64,000 nucleotides of DNA from Saccostrea echinata. Taxonomy: Eukaryota. This document shows, piece by piece, positions 25,578-35,165 of this stretch (position 1 is its first letter; every line of letters starts with the position of its first letter). Under the pieces are notes generated by a model. It did no database searches. It saw nothing but the letters and a program-made list of their open reading frames with translations, and had not been told where the DNA came from. Where the stretch lies: contig NW_026889805.1 in NCBI RefSeq assembly GCF_033153115.1, positions 19,468,001 to 19,532,000 of the forward strand, given 5' to 3'. A program made the position numbers and the translations under genes.

Positions 25578-27325
25578 GTGAAAAGTTTACAGACGGACAG
25601 ACAGACAGACGGACAGACGGACTACAGACAAAATGTGATCAGAAAAGCTCACTTGAGCGTTCGGCTCAGGTGAGCTAACAATACAGATATTAAATCTATT
25701 TAAAAAAAAAAAAACAAAACAAGAATTTGAACTACTGAAAAAAAAAAATGATTGGGTAGTGACAATTTTAATGGATCAGTTGGAGTACATCAAACAAATT
25801 ATTTTTTATTGATGGCCTAAACTTTACATTGTAAATACAACCAATTAGCTACACAGTTAGTAACCCAATACTTTCGATTTCCATTACTGGTACTCTTCAA
25901 ATTAGAGACACGTTTGGTCGTCTGACTGGGGCAACATGCTTTAGCGAAGAATACAAAACATGCCAATTTCAATCCAATTTAGAATGTATTAAATTTTTTG
26001 TCATTCCCATTAAAGAGTAGAACTAATAGACATATGTGAGAGTGCAAAAGCCCTCATTTATCATCCATTGCTTAAAATTATGGTGTTTCCGAGGCATGTA
26101 CACTGTATTTCATAATGGACCATCAACACTTGTCAACAACTTTCTGTAATTTTATAAATTGATATTGTTGAAGTTTCTACTTCTGATGCATGTAACAATA
26201 CAGTGTCTCATTTGCATGTTTGTTAGGCATTTTTTTATCGACATTCAACATATTGTTTACATGTTGTTACGACTGTCCCAGAAATCCCGCAAGATTTGTA
26301 CATTTTCTGACCTTTTCACAAAAGAGCGCACTAAGAACTATAATAATTCTTCCATGGTGGAAATATAATGTATGAGAAAAATAATGGCTACAAAAAGAAA
26401 ATTTTGCTGGTGCAAGTGAAGCATTATCATGAAGAAAGAATTTTTTACACGGTATTTTTCTATGTCAAACCATTAAATTATATATACTTTTAAAATCTCA
26501 TCTGCAATTCTATCACATATCTTCATTTACTGATAATTCACTGATTTTAATTTCTAATGTTAGAAAATTTAATAGGGCATTTCTTTAGTGAAAAACATTG
26601 TAGATATAGAATAGAGGAGAGAAAAACTTTACTTACAACTATACAGATGAAAACCCGCTACTTTATGTTCATTAAAGAACCACAATACGCAACTACTACA
26701 TGTACAAAGGGAATTTTAAACCGTTGTGCAATATACAAGTTATAAATAGACATTATGTGTATCTGTATCATGCTAAAAAAGTTTAATCAGCTAATGGGTC
26801 AATGACCAACTACCAGCTGTACAGTAAAATCTTACAGAACTTCTTTGTTGAAAGCTAATTACAGGTAATTAAAATTGTACATGCATTCATATTTAACATC
26901 TTGTTGTATATTGGTGCATGTGCCCATGTCATGTTTAATACCAGTAAGATTTTCAACCTGCTACAGCCAATATTTTTTTTAAAGTAAAATCAAATTATAA
27001 CATATCAATTACAATTTTTTTCTTGTTTGGTCTATTGTTTAAATATCCATTTTGTAAAGGTCCATATGTTTCATTACACGATCTGTACCCCTCCTTTTGG
27101 CATGGTAACTACATTTGATAAGACATCACAACATAACTTCAAAATTATTCTAAAAAGGGAGTCATTTCATAAATTTAACTCTTTAGAAACTCCATTAAGG
27201 AACTACTCTCCTTCATTTTTCTACGTGTAAACTATTAATGTTTCGGCACATCACGTTTCGTAAATAACAGACACTTACAAGTCTTCGTTTTGATTTTTCT
27301 TATTTTTGTTCTTCGGTTTAACCAT
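1722..27325 (-). CDS. EIF5B: Eukaryotic translation initiation factor 5B, 5' portion (15 coding exons; 3' end lies beyond window start)
   Basis: Exons join through GT-AG introns with consistent phases into a K/E/D-rich N-terminus followed by [46 protein letters not shown]-...[16 protein letters not shown], the diagnostic eIF5B/IF2 G domain. Strong Kozak context cagccATGG. Confidence 0.97.
2127..2794 (+). mobile_element. Helentron-like element with AGGTCA-rich ~160-bp repeats
   Basis: GACA/GGAC-like tract followed by the hairpin gccccggccat..atggcggggc and an A-run; related repeats at 4120-4264 and 6381-6530. Confidence 0.65.
4264..6383 (+). mobile_element. Helentron-like element with 127/146-bp array, inserted in the A-run of an older repeat
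   Basis: Starts aacaagaggcccaagggcc, ends in a gagcctttggctc hairpin plus gctaaaaa; removing it restores ggtcaaaaaa-tgttgatgcagttgaat as seen at about 2591. Confidence 0.75.
4559..5170 (+). mobile_element. MITE with CAGGGTTCGACACTAAC TIRs (hAT-like termini), copy A
   Basis: 17-bp perfect TIR, 5-bp TSD TTTAA. Confidence 0.88.
8845..9225 (+). mobile_element. Degenerate Helentron-like element (166-bp-satellite family)
   Basis: aacaagatgcccatgggc 5' end; agctcacttga...ctcaggtgagcta 3' hairpin. Confidence 0.65.
9329..9439 (-). CDS. EIF5B: eIF5B exon 14 ([21 protein letters not shown]...)
   Basis: 111 nt, switch-I region, GTGGGT donor. Confidence 0.97.
9594..9801. mobile_element. Short TA-type (Tc1/mariner-like) MITE
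   Basis: TIR tgtatacaggg/ccctgtatacagta; diverged second copy at about 12241-12448. Confidence 0.6.
9824..9931 (-). CDS. EIF5B: eIF5B exon 13 (P-loop GHVDTGKT)
   Basis: 108 nt, tacag acceptor, GTAAGA donor. Confidence 0.97.
9947..11098. mobile_element. Tc1/mariner-type non-autonomous element
   Basis: TIR ccgtaagttttgg/ccaaaacttacgg, TA TSD, subterminal gataggacga repeats. Confidence 0.82.
11252..11546 (-). mobile_element. tRNA-derived SINE (Deu/Nin-like central domain)
   Basis: A box TGGTGCAGTGG, B box GGTTTGAATCC, GGATGAGAC..TAAACCGAGGTC core, (CAAA)n tail, 13-bp TSD aaacata(c/t)ttggt. Confidence 0.85.
11678..11907 (-). CDS. EIF5B: eIF5B exon 12 (poly-E/D tract)
   Basis: 230 nt, phase 1/0; long acidic run preceding the G domain as in other eIF5B proteins. 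Confidence 0.92.
12525..14740. mobile_element. Older TA-type MITE split by a nested insertion
   Basis: Imperfect TIR tgtacagcagg/cctgctgtacagta. Confidence 0.45.
13073..14429. mobile_element. Non-autonomous DNA transposon, GGCC termini, TTA TSD (Zator or PIF/Harbinger-type)
   Basis: ~32-bp TIR ggcctaaaaaaaa..tgtgtgtttcgggtaac with matching right end; TTA on both sides. Confidence 0.82.
15161..15355 (-). CDS. EIF5B: eIF5B exon 11 (contains DDW acidic motif)
   Basis: 195 nt, phase 1/1, tttctag acceptor. Confidence 0.9.
15365..15796 (+). mobile_element. Helentron-like element (aacaagatgtgtttgtgaaacac family)
   Basis: Internal repeats with caaggtca-like motifs, GACA tract, 3' hairpin; related copy at about 37859-38235. 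Confidence 0.7.
16140..16226 (-). CDS. EIF5B: eIF5B exon 10 ([18 protein letters not shown])
   Basis: 87 nt, phase 1/1; matches the GVEVPSK..KKRPIY motif. Confidence 0.93.
16463..17702 (+). mobile_element. Helentron-like element with ~160-bp degenerate array
   Basis: acaagaggccgaagggcc start; repeated gaatttcacaattttgg / agagaagaagattttt units; aggtcacctaagtaactcaggtgacct terminal hairpin. Confidence 0.72.
17903..18053 (-). CDS. EIF5B: eIF5B exon 9 (...[22 protein letters not shown]...)
   Basis: 151 nt, phase 0/1; matches the conserved KKQKEKER..KKEGKLLTK motif. Confidence 0.93.
18487..18603 (-). CDS. EIF5B: eIF5B exon 8 ([19 protein letters not shown]...)
   Basis: 117 nt, matches the conserved coiled-coil LKEEEER region. 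Confidence 0.92.
18750..18865 (-). CDS. EIF5B: eIF5B exon 7
   Basis: cttag acceptor, GTAAAT donor, 116 nt, phase 1/0. Confidence 0.87.
19033..19530 (+). repeat. Truncated copy of the 166-bp-satellite Helentron family
   Basis: ggcccatgggccac start and about 3 units of gaatctacactaccc..gatgctt. Confidence 0.7.
19875..19953 (-). CDS. EIF5B: eIF5B exon 6
   Basis: tttttag acceptor, GTATT donor, 79 nt, phase 0/1. Confidence 0.85.
20156..20680 (-). CDS. EIF5B: eIF5B exon 5 (includes [16 protein letters not shown])
   Basis: 525 nt open frame, ttttcatag acceptor, GTAAAG donor; conserved KTxAQKKxEKKERE-like motif. Confidence 0.92.
20686..21355 (+). mobile_element. Highly degenerate Helentron-like element
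   Basis: aacagaaggctcataggccataaagctcacctga start; remnant gaatctgcac units. Confidence 0.5.
21562..21675 (-). CDS. EIF5B: eIF5B exon 4
   Basis: tag acceptor, GTAAGT donor, 114 nt in frame. Confidence 0.88.
21969..22068 (-). CDS. EIF5B: eIF5B exon 3 ([15 protein letters not shown]...)
   Basis: ttttgatag acceptor, GTAG donor, 100 nt, phase 2/0. Confidence 0.88.
22316..22426 (-). CDS. EIF5B: eIF5B exon 2 ([12 protein letters not shown]...KKDD)
   Basis: ttttctcag acceptor, GTATG donor, 111 nt, phase 2/2. Confidence 0.9.
22961..23580 (-). mobile_element. MITE with CAGGGTTCGACACTAAC TIRs, copy B (inverted relative to copy A)
   Basis: Close reverse complement of 4559-5170; 6-bp TSD ATATAA. Confidence 0.88.
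24340..24844. mobile_element. MITE with CAGGGCTCGACATTAAC TIRs
   Basis: 17-bp perfect TIR; 5-bp TSD GAATC, confirmed against uninterrupted satellite units; subterminal ggacaagt repeats. Confidence 0.9.
27279..27325 (-). CDS. EIF5B: eIF5B exon 1 coding part ([15 protein letters not shown])
   Basis: gccATGG start, donor GTAAGT at 27278, phase 2 fits exon 2; resembles the basic N-terminus of vertebrate eIF5B. Confidence 0.88.
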
Positions 27326-27520
27326 GGCTGAACTGACACAATCATGTAGTACGTTAAAAATTTATCAGCTTGTGGCTGATAATATAATTTTACAAACAAC
27401 TGTTTTTGTCAAACTCAACTGAATTCTGTTTCTCCAGCATGGATTGGATACTTCCGGTTAAAGGGACAGTCTACTAACTAAGTCAGCAGGACAGAGATAA
27501 TTTTTTCCGGATTAGCACGA
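27326..27520 (-). promoter_or_regulatory. Putative eIF5B 5' leader/core promoter with ETS-type motif
   Basis: ACCGGAAGT on the minus strand at about 27450-27458, typical of TATA-less housekeeping promoters; 8-bp hairpin TTATCAGC-5nt-GCTGATAA at 27362-27382. TSS not determinable. Confidence 0.5.
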
Positions 27521-27950
27521 TATAATCATCGTTTGCTCATATTACATATGAATAAATTTATAGTTATCTATAACCCAACCAACTGGAGGTCAAGGAGGTC
27601 GGAATCCAGTAGGATTTTTACTGATTTTTTTTTAATGAAATTTTCATACATAGTCAAGTAATCCAAGAATGACTTTGGACTCCCTCCTAGGTAACACTAA
27701 CCAGGGACTATAAAAAAGTGGCTTGTCCATGTGATAATATGAATGTGTAGTAGACCGCCACCCCACCCCACCCCTTACCCAAACAAAATAATTATCGTTT
27801 AACTGTTTTTGCTTGTCTTTTTTTTTTTTTTTTTTGGGAATTGCAAGTTTTACTTTTTAGGGAATTTTTCCAGAGGGCAGGGCATACACACACAGAAAAA
27901 AAAGTTCTGACAGGCAAAACAAAACAACAAAAACAAAATCTCATTCTTTC

Positions 27951-28156
27951 AAGGGACGTGGAGACGGTCCTTTGGATGAGACCGTATAAACCGAGCGCCC
28001 CCCCCCCCCCCGTGTCGCAGTAAAAGATCCCTCACTGTTCAATGGCCCGAAGTGCAGAGTATAGGTAAAAATTTGCAGCCCTCCACCGGCAAGTAGGGGC
28101 GTCTCCATATGAGTGAAAAATTCTCGAGAGGGACATTAAACAACAAACAAACAAAA
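27951..28156 (+). mobile_element. 5'-truncated SINE, same family as 11252-11546
   Basis: ggatgagaccgtataaaccgag core, (CAAA)n tail, 9-bp TSD cattctttc. Confidence 0.8.
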
Positions 28157-28358
28157 CATTCTTTCTAATGAACCAATATTGGTCGTGTGACTATTTGAGA
28201 CAAAAAAAATCTATGAATAAATACGGTAAATAGTTGGAATGCAACTTCTTCAGTGACGGATGAAGAATTAACACGTGGGAGGTGGCACAGTCAAAAAATT
28301 ACTTTGCATGTATTGAGTATTTAAGTTTTATGTTTACTTTTAAATGATGTACATTTAA

Positions 28359-28741
28359 GAGCCCTCTATACACTGCACACTAAAGAGTTCTGATTTGTGG
28401 TATTTTTATGCAGATAGAGTAATCTGCCCTTTGATCTAGAATAAGATAAATTGATGTGTACAGTTTATTTCTTAATTTGCGATCAAATAAAGCATTTACA
28501 ACATTTTAATAGGCTAAGATGAATAGATTGAACACTTTAATTTGCTGGTATTTTGCCCATTTAAGTGAACAACAATGATTTTTGTTCATCAGTACTTCAT
28601 TGTCTTTGAACATTTTTCCTGGGGGTAAATGCAAGGTACACTATGTTGAACATGTAATAGATAAGCTCAACATTTACACCTTTACACACTATAATTTTCT
28701 CAATGTCCAAAAAATCTTTTCCTTTAGTGTATAGAAGGTCC
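28359..28741. mobile_element. MITE with TTAA TSD (Kolobok-like)
   Basis: Imperfect TIR gagccctctatacact/agtgtatagaaggtcc flanked by TTAA. Confidence 0.55.
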
Positions 28742-29256
28742 TTAAGACTAAAATTAATCTAAAAAGTACCATGAAGAGATGACATGCTGCTACCAGTATC
28801 AATGTCGTAACTACAGCTGTAGCGTAACGTTTTCAAAGGATAACTGCACTTATCGCTGGGTTTTGGGTCTTTTTCCGTCGTTTCTGTTACATGCGCTGAC
28901 TATGTACAAAGTCAGTGAAAAGGTGGGCGTCCTCATTATCGTACGGAGATTCAAGAAATTGTGATGACCTAGCCTTTGAAAACAGCTTCGTACTTCGTAA
29001 ATACATACATATACTTTTATTTAATGTAATTTCGTAAAGTTGTACATTATATGTTGACCATTCCTGCAATTAAAAGAAAAATGCTTGTTTTGAAAATTTA
29101 TTTTGTCGCAATTTTCGCATGTCCTTAAGTGCAGTCATCCTTTAAAAAAATATCTGGAGCTTCTAACTGCAATGTACATTATTTGGTGGTTAAAACAGTA
29201 AATGCACGAATTTTGTTTCACGTTGACATGTGCATACTGTATGGCACGCCAAATTA

Positions 29257-30797
29257 ACAACCAGAAGCCTCTGACGAAACTGTAGCTCTACTGGTTGTAC
29301 TTATAAAGGAAGATAAAAGTAGTACTTAGACTTCAAACATTACAACAGCAATACATAGAATAATGATCCTTGGTTTAGTCTCTTTTTGTGGCAAGATTTA
29401 TTGCAATCAGACTAAAACTGTAGGAGGAGTAGCGTTTTGAAAGTATTTCAAGAAAATTTCTATTTTAAGTAACCATGGCAACACTGTTCATCGAAATCAA
29501 CAACTGGTACAGAGAATTATGTATCTAAGTGTAGTCTACTTGTGTGCTAAGTTATACTAAAATCAGACCAAAACTGTAGGAGGAGTAGTATTTTGAAGGT
29601 ATTTCAAGGAAATTTCTATTATTAGTAATCATGGCAACAACAATCATCGAAATCTAAAATCCACAAAAAGAATTATGTATCTTAGTGTAGTCTACTTGTT
29701 TGCCAAGTTATACTGAAATTGGACCAAAACTGTAGGAGGAGTAGCGTTTTGAAAGTTTTTCACAGAAATTCCTATTTTTAGTAACCATGGCAACACCGTT
29801 CATTGAAATCAAAAACAAATACACAGAATTGTGTATCTTAGTATAGTCTACTTGTGTGCCAAGTTATAATGAAATCAGATCAAAACTGTAGGAGGAGTAG
29901 TGTTTTGAAAGTTTTTCACAGAAATTTATATTTAAAGTAACCATGGCAACACCGTTCATTGAAATCAAAAACAGATACACAGAATTATGTATCTTAGTAT
30001 AGTCTACTTGTGTGCCAAGTTATATTGAAATCAGATCAAAACTGTAGGAGGAGCAGCATTTTGAAAGTTTTTCACGGAAATTTCTATTTAAAGTAACCAT
30101 GGCAACACTGTTCAATGAAATCAAAAACCGATATACAGAATTATGTATCTTAGTGTAGTCTACTTGTGTGCCAAGTTATATTGAAATCGGATCAAAACTG
30201 TAGGAGGAGTAGCGTTTTGAAAGTTTTTCACAGAAATTTCTATTTATAGTAACCATGGCAACACCGTTCATTTAAATCTAAAACCGATATACAGAATTAT
30301 GTATCTTAGTATAGTCTTCTTGTGTGCCAAGTTATAATGAAATCAGATCAAAACTGTAGGAGGAGTAGCGTTTTGAAAGTTTTTCACAGAAATTTCTATT
30401 TATAGTAACCATGGCAACACCGTTCATTGAAATCAAAAACAGATACACAGAATTGTGTATCTTAGAATAGTCTACTTGTGTGACAAGTTATATTGAAATC
30501 AGATCAAAACTGTAGGAGGAGTAGCGTTTTGAAAGTTTTTCACAGAAATTTCTATTTATAGTAAACATGGCAACACCGTTCATTGAAATCAAAAACTGAT
30601 ACATGGAATTATGTATCTTAGTATAGTCTACTTATGTGCCAAGTTATATTGAAATCAGACCAAAACTGTAGGAGGAGTAGCGTTTTGAAAAATTGTTTAC
30701 AGACTGACGGACAGACAGACAGACAGACAGACGGACGGACGACGGACACCTTACTATCGCATAAGCTCTTCTGGTCTCTGACCAGTAGAGCTAAAAA
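29257..30797 (+). mobile_element. Helentron-like element with 8 units of a 156-bp tandem array
   Basis: aaaactgtagg at 29414, 29570, 29726, 29882, 30038, 30194, 30350, 30506, 30662; subterminal IR tagctctactggt/accagtagagcta; GACA/GACG microsatellite; terminal hairpin. Confidence 0.88.
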
Positions 30798-31440
30798 TGA
30801 ACTAAAATGTTTCACAATTAATAAACTAGGTTTATCGACTGTAAACTATAGTTTACGAAACGTAAAACTTAATCTATATATTTCACATCTCTTAAGTTCT
30901 GTAGTTCCACAAGTGTAAACTTATACTTAACACTGAAAACAACCATTTACGATTGCAAAACATAGTTTATCTGATTAATACGGTTACACGATTTGTTACC
31001 GATATGGTTTACAATTCTAAACTAAAATTAACTAATGTAAATATATGTAAACTATAGTTTAACCGTAAACTACCACGTAATTGACATTCTTAAAAAATAC
31101 AAAGTCAGAGATTCGTGCGTTAAACTGTTTCTCAAATGTAAAACTATGTTTATCACAATTTTTTTATAATTCGGTCAACTTTATGTGAATCTATATATTT
31201 CACAACTTAACTTAAGTAAGTTTACAATCTAAACTCTAGTTAACAATAGTTTTGACCGTAAATCATTGATACGGTTAATCCTAGTTACAGCATGATAAGA
31301 TCTTGCCGTGCAATGATTATTTTTATTGGTTGTTAAAAATATATTTCTTGTTGAGATTAAGTTAATTTACTATCATTTTAAAGCACATCTTTTTTGGAAA
31401 TAAAAGAAAAAAAATGAAAGGAAAATTATTACATGATTTT

Positions 31441-34276
31441 TGGGAGTTGATTTTATCAACTCCTTATAGTCAACGCGCCAGAGGCGCATCAATACATACA
31501 AATGACAAACAGCTACCAAGGGGGTGTCCTCGATTAAATGCAGGATGTTGTGAAAATGGGAGAAATGTTGAAATTAGAGTTTAAACTACAAATTGAGCAG
31601 GTTGTGAAGATTTAAAAATGCAATGTATAATCTCAGTAAACGGCAGGCCTAAATATTTATGTAAGAAAATAGATTTACAGATATTGCGAATAAGAAAATA
31701 GTGCATATATTCTAATTTTAAGATAGGAAACTCGCTCCTAAAATAGCTTAGATACGTCATTTTCATCAGTTTGTAGGGAAAGGCTGAAGGTATCCTCGTG
31801 ATTATACAATGCATAAACACCTTGCTTCGACAATATGAGTCCCATAATAACGGGATTAATAATCAGACATACGTTTAAATGCATGTCAGTTTATACAGAG
31901 AACACAAAATCAGATTGATACAGACAGCTGATGTATTTATGTACATATGCGAGCAAGACTGATTATCACAGCGGGCATTATGTGCTTCCAGTATCTCTAA
32001 TATGTGTAAAGTTCTAAATCTCCAAACTGCAGCAGACGTGACCTGCTTGACAAACTTATTTAGCAGCCTTTTACTTTTGTGCCTGGAATGATAATTATTG
32101 ATAGTATACACAGGATTAAATTTTTATTAGATGTGTAATTGAGATGGCTTGTTTAATATTTTTATTTTTGCAGGAATATTAATGCTGTGCATGCATAATT
32201 GTCTCAACAATTAGTTCACTGTTGATAGAACGGGATTCGGAGTGGATCCAGAATTTAGCTAATTTTGGGCACATTGAGTATTTTTGGAGTGGAGTGGGGT
32301 GTTGAAATAGCCCATTTCCTTCTAAAACAAAACCGTGTGATTCGTATACATTTGCGAACAAAGACCAAATATGTTGCTTTGTGGTTTAATATACCTGTAA
32401 TGAAATATTTCATCTCGCTGCAATCTTAGTTAGATTCCAGCGAAAAGTAAAAATAAAAAATAAAAATGATACATTTAAAAATGAATTATGCCACGCAATA
32501 AGGTTTAATTTATAAACAAACGAAATTTATTTATATGTAAATACACTGTTATGTCATATATAGTGTACATGTGTATCTAAAACAAATATATACCTAAGTG
32601 TATCATTTCTCATGCTCTTATCGTTTGCTCAAAGTATATTAACTTTATCAAAAATATAAATGAATAAATTAATTTTAAAAAAAGGTAGAAAAAAATTCAA
32701 AGTTTCAATAAATTTAGACATTAAAACCACTGTTCACTTTTTTCATCATTCAATTAACCCTATTTTAATTATTGTATGCATATGAAATTTGGGTTTATTT
32801 TAATCCATTTACTACAAAAAAAGCATCCCTGGCGGTGCAATAAACAGGATGTTATCCAAATCATTCTGTGATAAACTGAAAGTTTGCAAATTAATACTTG
32901 ATGTACATAAATATGCAACTTGCTTTGCTGTACTATCTGAATTTGGTTGATTTCCCCTACACTTCGACATTGTAAGATCAAAAATAAGCTATTGGTATAG
33001 ACTTGAAAATCTGGTAAGTCTTTTCCACCTTTACAAGAGTGAAGATGTATATTGTAAATCCAAGTCACTATGAAAAAGGTGAAGATAACGGAGACTGATT
33101 GATCTCTAAAAATCTATCAAACAATACAAATCTGGAAAGAGGGCATACATTTGAGAAAAATCTCTATTTCTGGTATACACGTTGCTCCATTAATTTTCTC
33201 ATCACCAATATAGATGGTATTTGTCGCGATTTAACTTTGGTCAGAGTACATCACATGTTTAAATGTTGTACACCTTATTCATGAATTAATGACAACGTGA
33301 CCGTTGCAAATGAATATTCATTATTTTTGTGATTTTTTCAAAAAAAAAAAAAAAATAATGATGAATTATCAATCTTTTTATAATGAAATATAAGTAATTA
33401 TTTGATCGTATCCCTCATCGTATGACAATAATGAAGTTCAATATTTTCTCAGGTAAAAAAAAAAATAACAAAAAACCCCCTGCTTTTTCCCCACTGGGAG
33501 TGTTTGTTAGGTTTTTCTGAATTCTGTCTAAAATGGGATTTTCAGTTTAAAAGAAAACAACATCTGATTACATGTATCTTAGAAACTGAAATTGTAAGTT
33601 TGACAACTTCACGCAGGATGAGAATGAAATCGGAAAATGACAAATATTTATAAATTTGCTTGATAAAGACCTTGTAAGCTCTTTCATCACATTTTTTCTA
33701 CATGAATATCATTGTAATGAAGCTTCGCTTTAGATTTTCAAACTCGAAATGAACTTTCAACTTTTCGTCATTTTTTAAACGAAAGATTGCATTCCGATAC
33801 AGGACACAATAAAAGATAAAATCAAATGAGGAAGAAATTATTCCGAATTGATATTTTTTAATCTATGCTTTTTTTCCTTTTATAATGCATTGAACAAAAA
33901 TCTGCCATATTGAAAACAATATGGCGCCTATGCAAATTAGCAAAACGTACTCCATTTCTCTATATGTAAATTCAAACGTACACTTAAAAATCATTTATTC
34001 TAAGATTTTATATATACATGTATAGGAGCGGAATCAACAACTTGAATCACATTCTGACGAAAAAAAAGTCGCTCTGGCACTTTTAAACAAATTTTTGGTA
34101 AGGAAAATACCTTAAATTACTGAAAAATTTTGAGCAATGAGGAAGTCTTACACGTGTTTGCATATCATTCAAAAGTTATGGTCAAATCAATACAAGCCTT
34201 ACTTTTTTTACTCCTTAGAATCGTGAGATTTTTTTAGTCTTTTGATACTCGCATAGCAAATTAAAATCAACTCCCA
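31441..34276. mobile_element. Possible old TIR element
   Basis: 15-bp inverted ends tgggagttgatttta/taaaatcaactccca; no clear TSD. Confidence 0.4.
32770..33060 (+). pseudogene. Decayed non-LTR retrotransposon ORF2 C-terminal fragment
   Basis: Translates with lesions to ...FAVLSEFG*FPLHFDIVRSKISYWYRLENL, similar to the fragment at 34530. Confidence 0.55.
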
Positions 34277-34529
34277 TCAGTACCTTCAGTACTTTGATTC
34301 TTCTTTATCAGCAATAAATAAAGTACTTACATTTATCAGTCCCTGCTGTCTTTCCAACCCTTTGCGTTGAAAAGAGAAAGATGACTTAGTAAAGCTGGTA
34401 TTAAAAGAAGTGCTTTAAATAAGATTACCAAGAAGAAATTCTGCATATATGATGAAGGATTTGTTTTTCTTTTCTATATAGAATTTATGACAATGACACA
34501 CATGGTTCCGTGGGGTTTTAAATTGAAAA

Positions 34530-35165
34530 CTATATCTAGATATTCTGGGTGTTCATAGAAAATCATCTAATATTGCTGTTCTATATGAGTTGGGACAATG
34601 CCCACTATTTTATTTGTGTTATGAAAATATGCTTAAATTTTATTTAAGATTGAAAACTTTAGAGTCAGAGAATGAGCATCATGACCAATTAGTGGTGTCT
34701 GCATTTAAAGAAGATAAAACACTGGGGTCTAGAGTATCTTGGCAAAGAAAACTTTTTAACTCTACGACAGAAATTGTCTTTATCCTCATTGGACATATCA
34801 CACAAAAATTTATAAATTAGAGGAGCACTATATGAACAAAATCTGTGAACAGTTAAAGAGCATTTCAAAATCAGATTCTGGAAAATTAACTTTTTATAGT
34901 AATATAATAAATTTAAATGAATATAAATTACAGAACTACCTACAATTACCATTGAACAATCACGACATTACACCAGAAGGTGGCTTGTGATTTAAAGGAA
35001 GAAGAAGAAGAAATCTGAAAGAACAATCCTAACAAAACTAAGAATTAGTGATCATATACTACATATTGAAATGGGGAAATACTCAAGGCCATCTATTCCT
35101 AGAGAAAAACGTGTATGTCATTCTTGTAAACTTTTTGATGAAAATGAAAAACATTTTGTACTAGT
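34530..35165 (+). pseudogene. Decayed LINE ORF2 3' end (RTEX-like)
   Basis: ILGVHRKSSNIAVLYELGQCPL and TKLRISDHILHIEMGKYSRPSIPREKRVCHSC..ENEKHFVL (C-terminal zinc-knuckle region); frameshifted. Confidence 0.7.

Larger units (their letters stand above)
22825..25680 (+). mobile_element. Helentron-like element carrying a 166-bp satellite (resembles oyster Cg170/HindIII-type repeat, from recall)
   Basis: Period 166 (25001, 25167, 25333); subterminal IR gctcacctgagc/gctcaggtgagc; GACA/GACG microsatellite at 25590-25630; 3' hairpin. Confidence 0.85.
22580..25817. mobile_element. GGCC-terminated DNA element hosting nested insertions
   Basis: TIR ggccatca(t/a)taa..tttgtttgat / atcaaacaaa..attgatggcc; ggtaggtagg motif shared with 13073-14429. 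Confidence 0.65.

Noticed and set aside
25394-25678. ORFs containing TDGQTDR (also 30634-30918)
   Set aside because: Translations of the GACA/GACG microsatellite in Helentron-like ends
1790-27278. Intronic snoRNAs, often hosted by translation-factor genes
   Set aside because: No convincing C/D or H/ACA box pair found by eye; needs an Infernal/snoscan search
29414-30690. Regular repeats superficially like a CRISPR array
   Set aside because: Whole units repeat with no unique spacers; eukaryotic context; no cas genes
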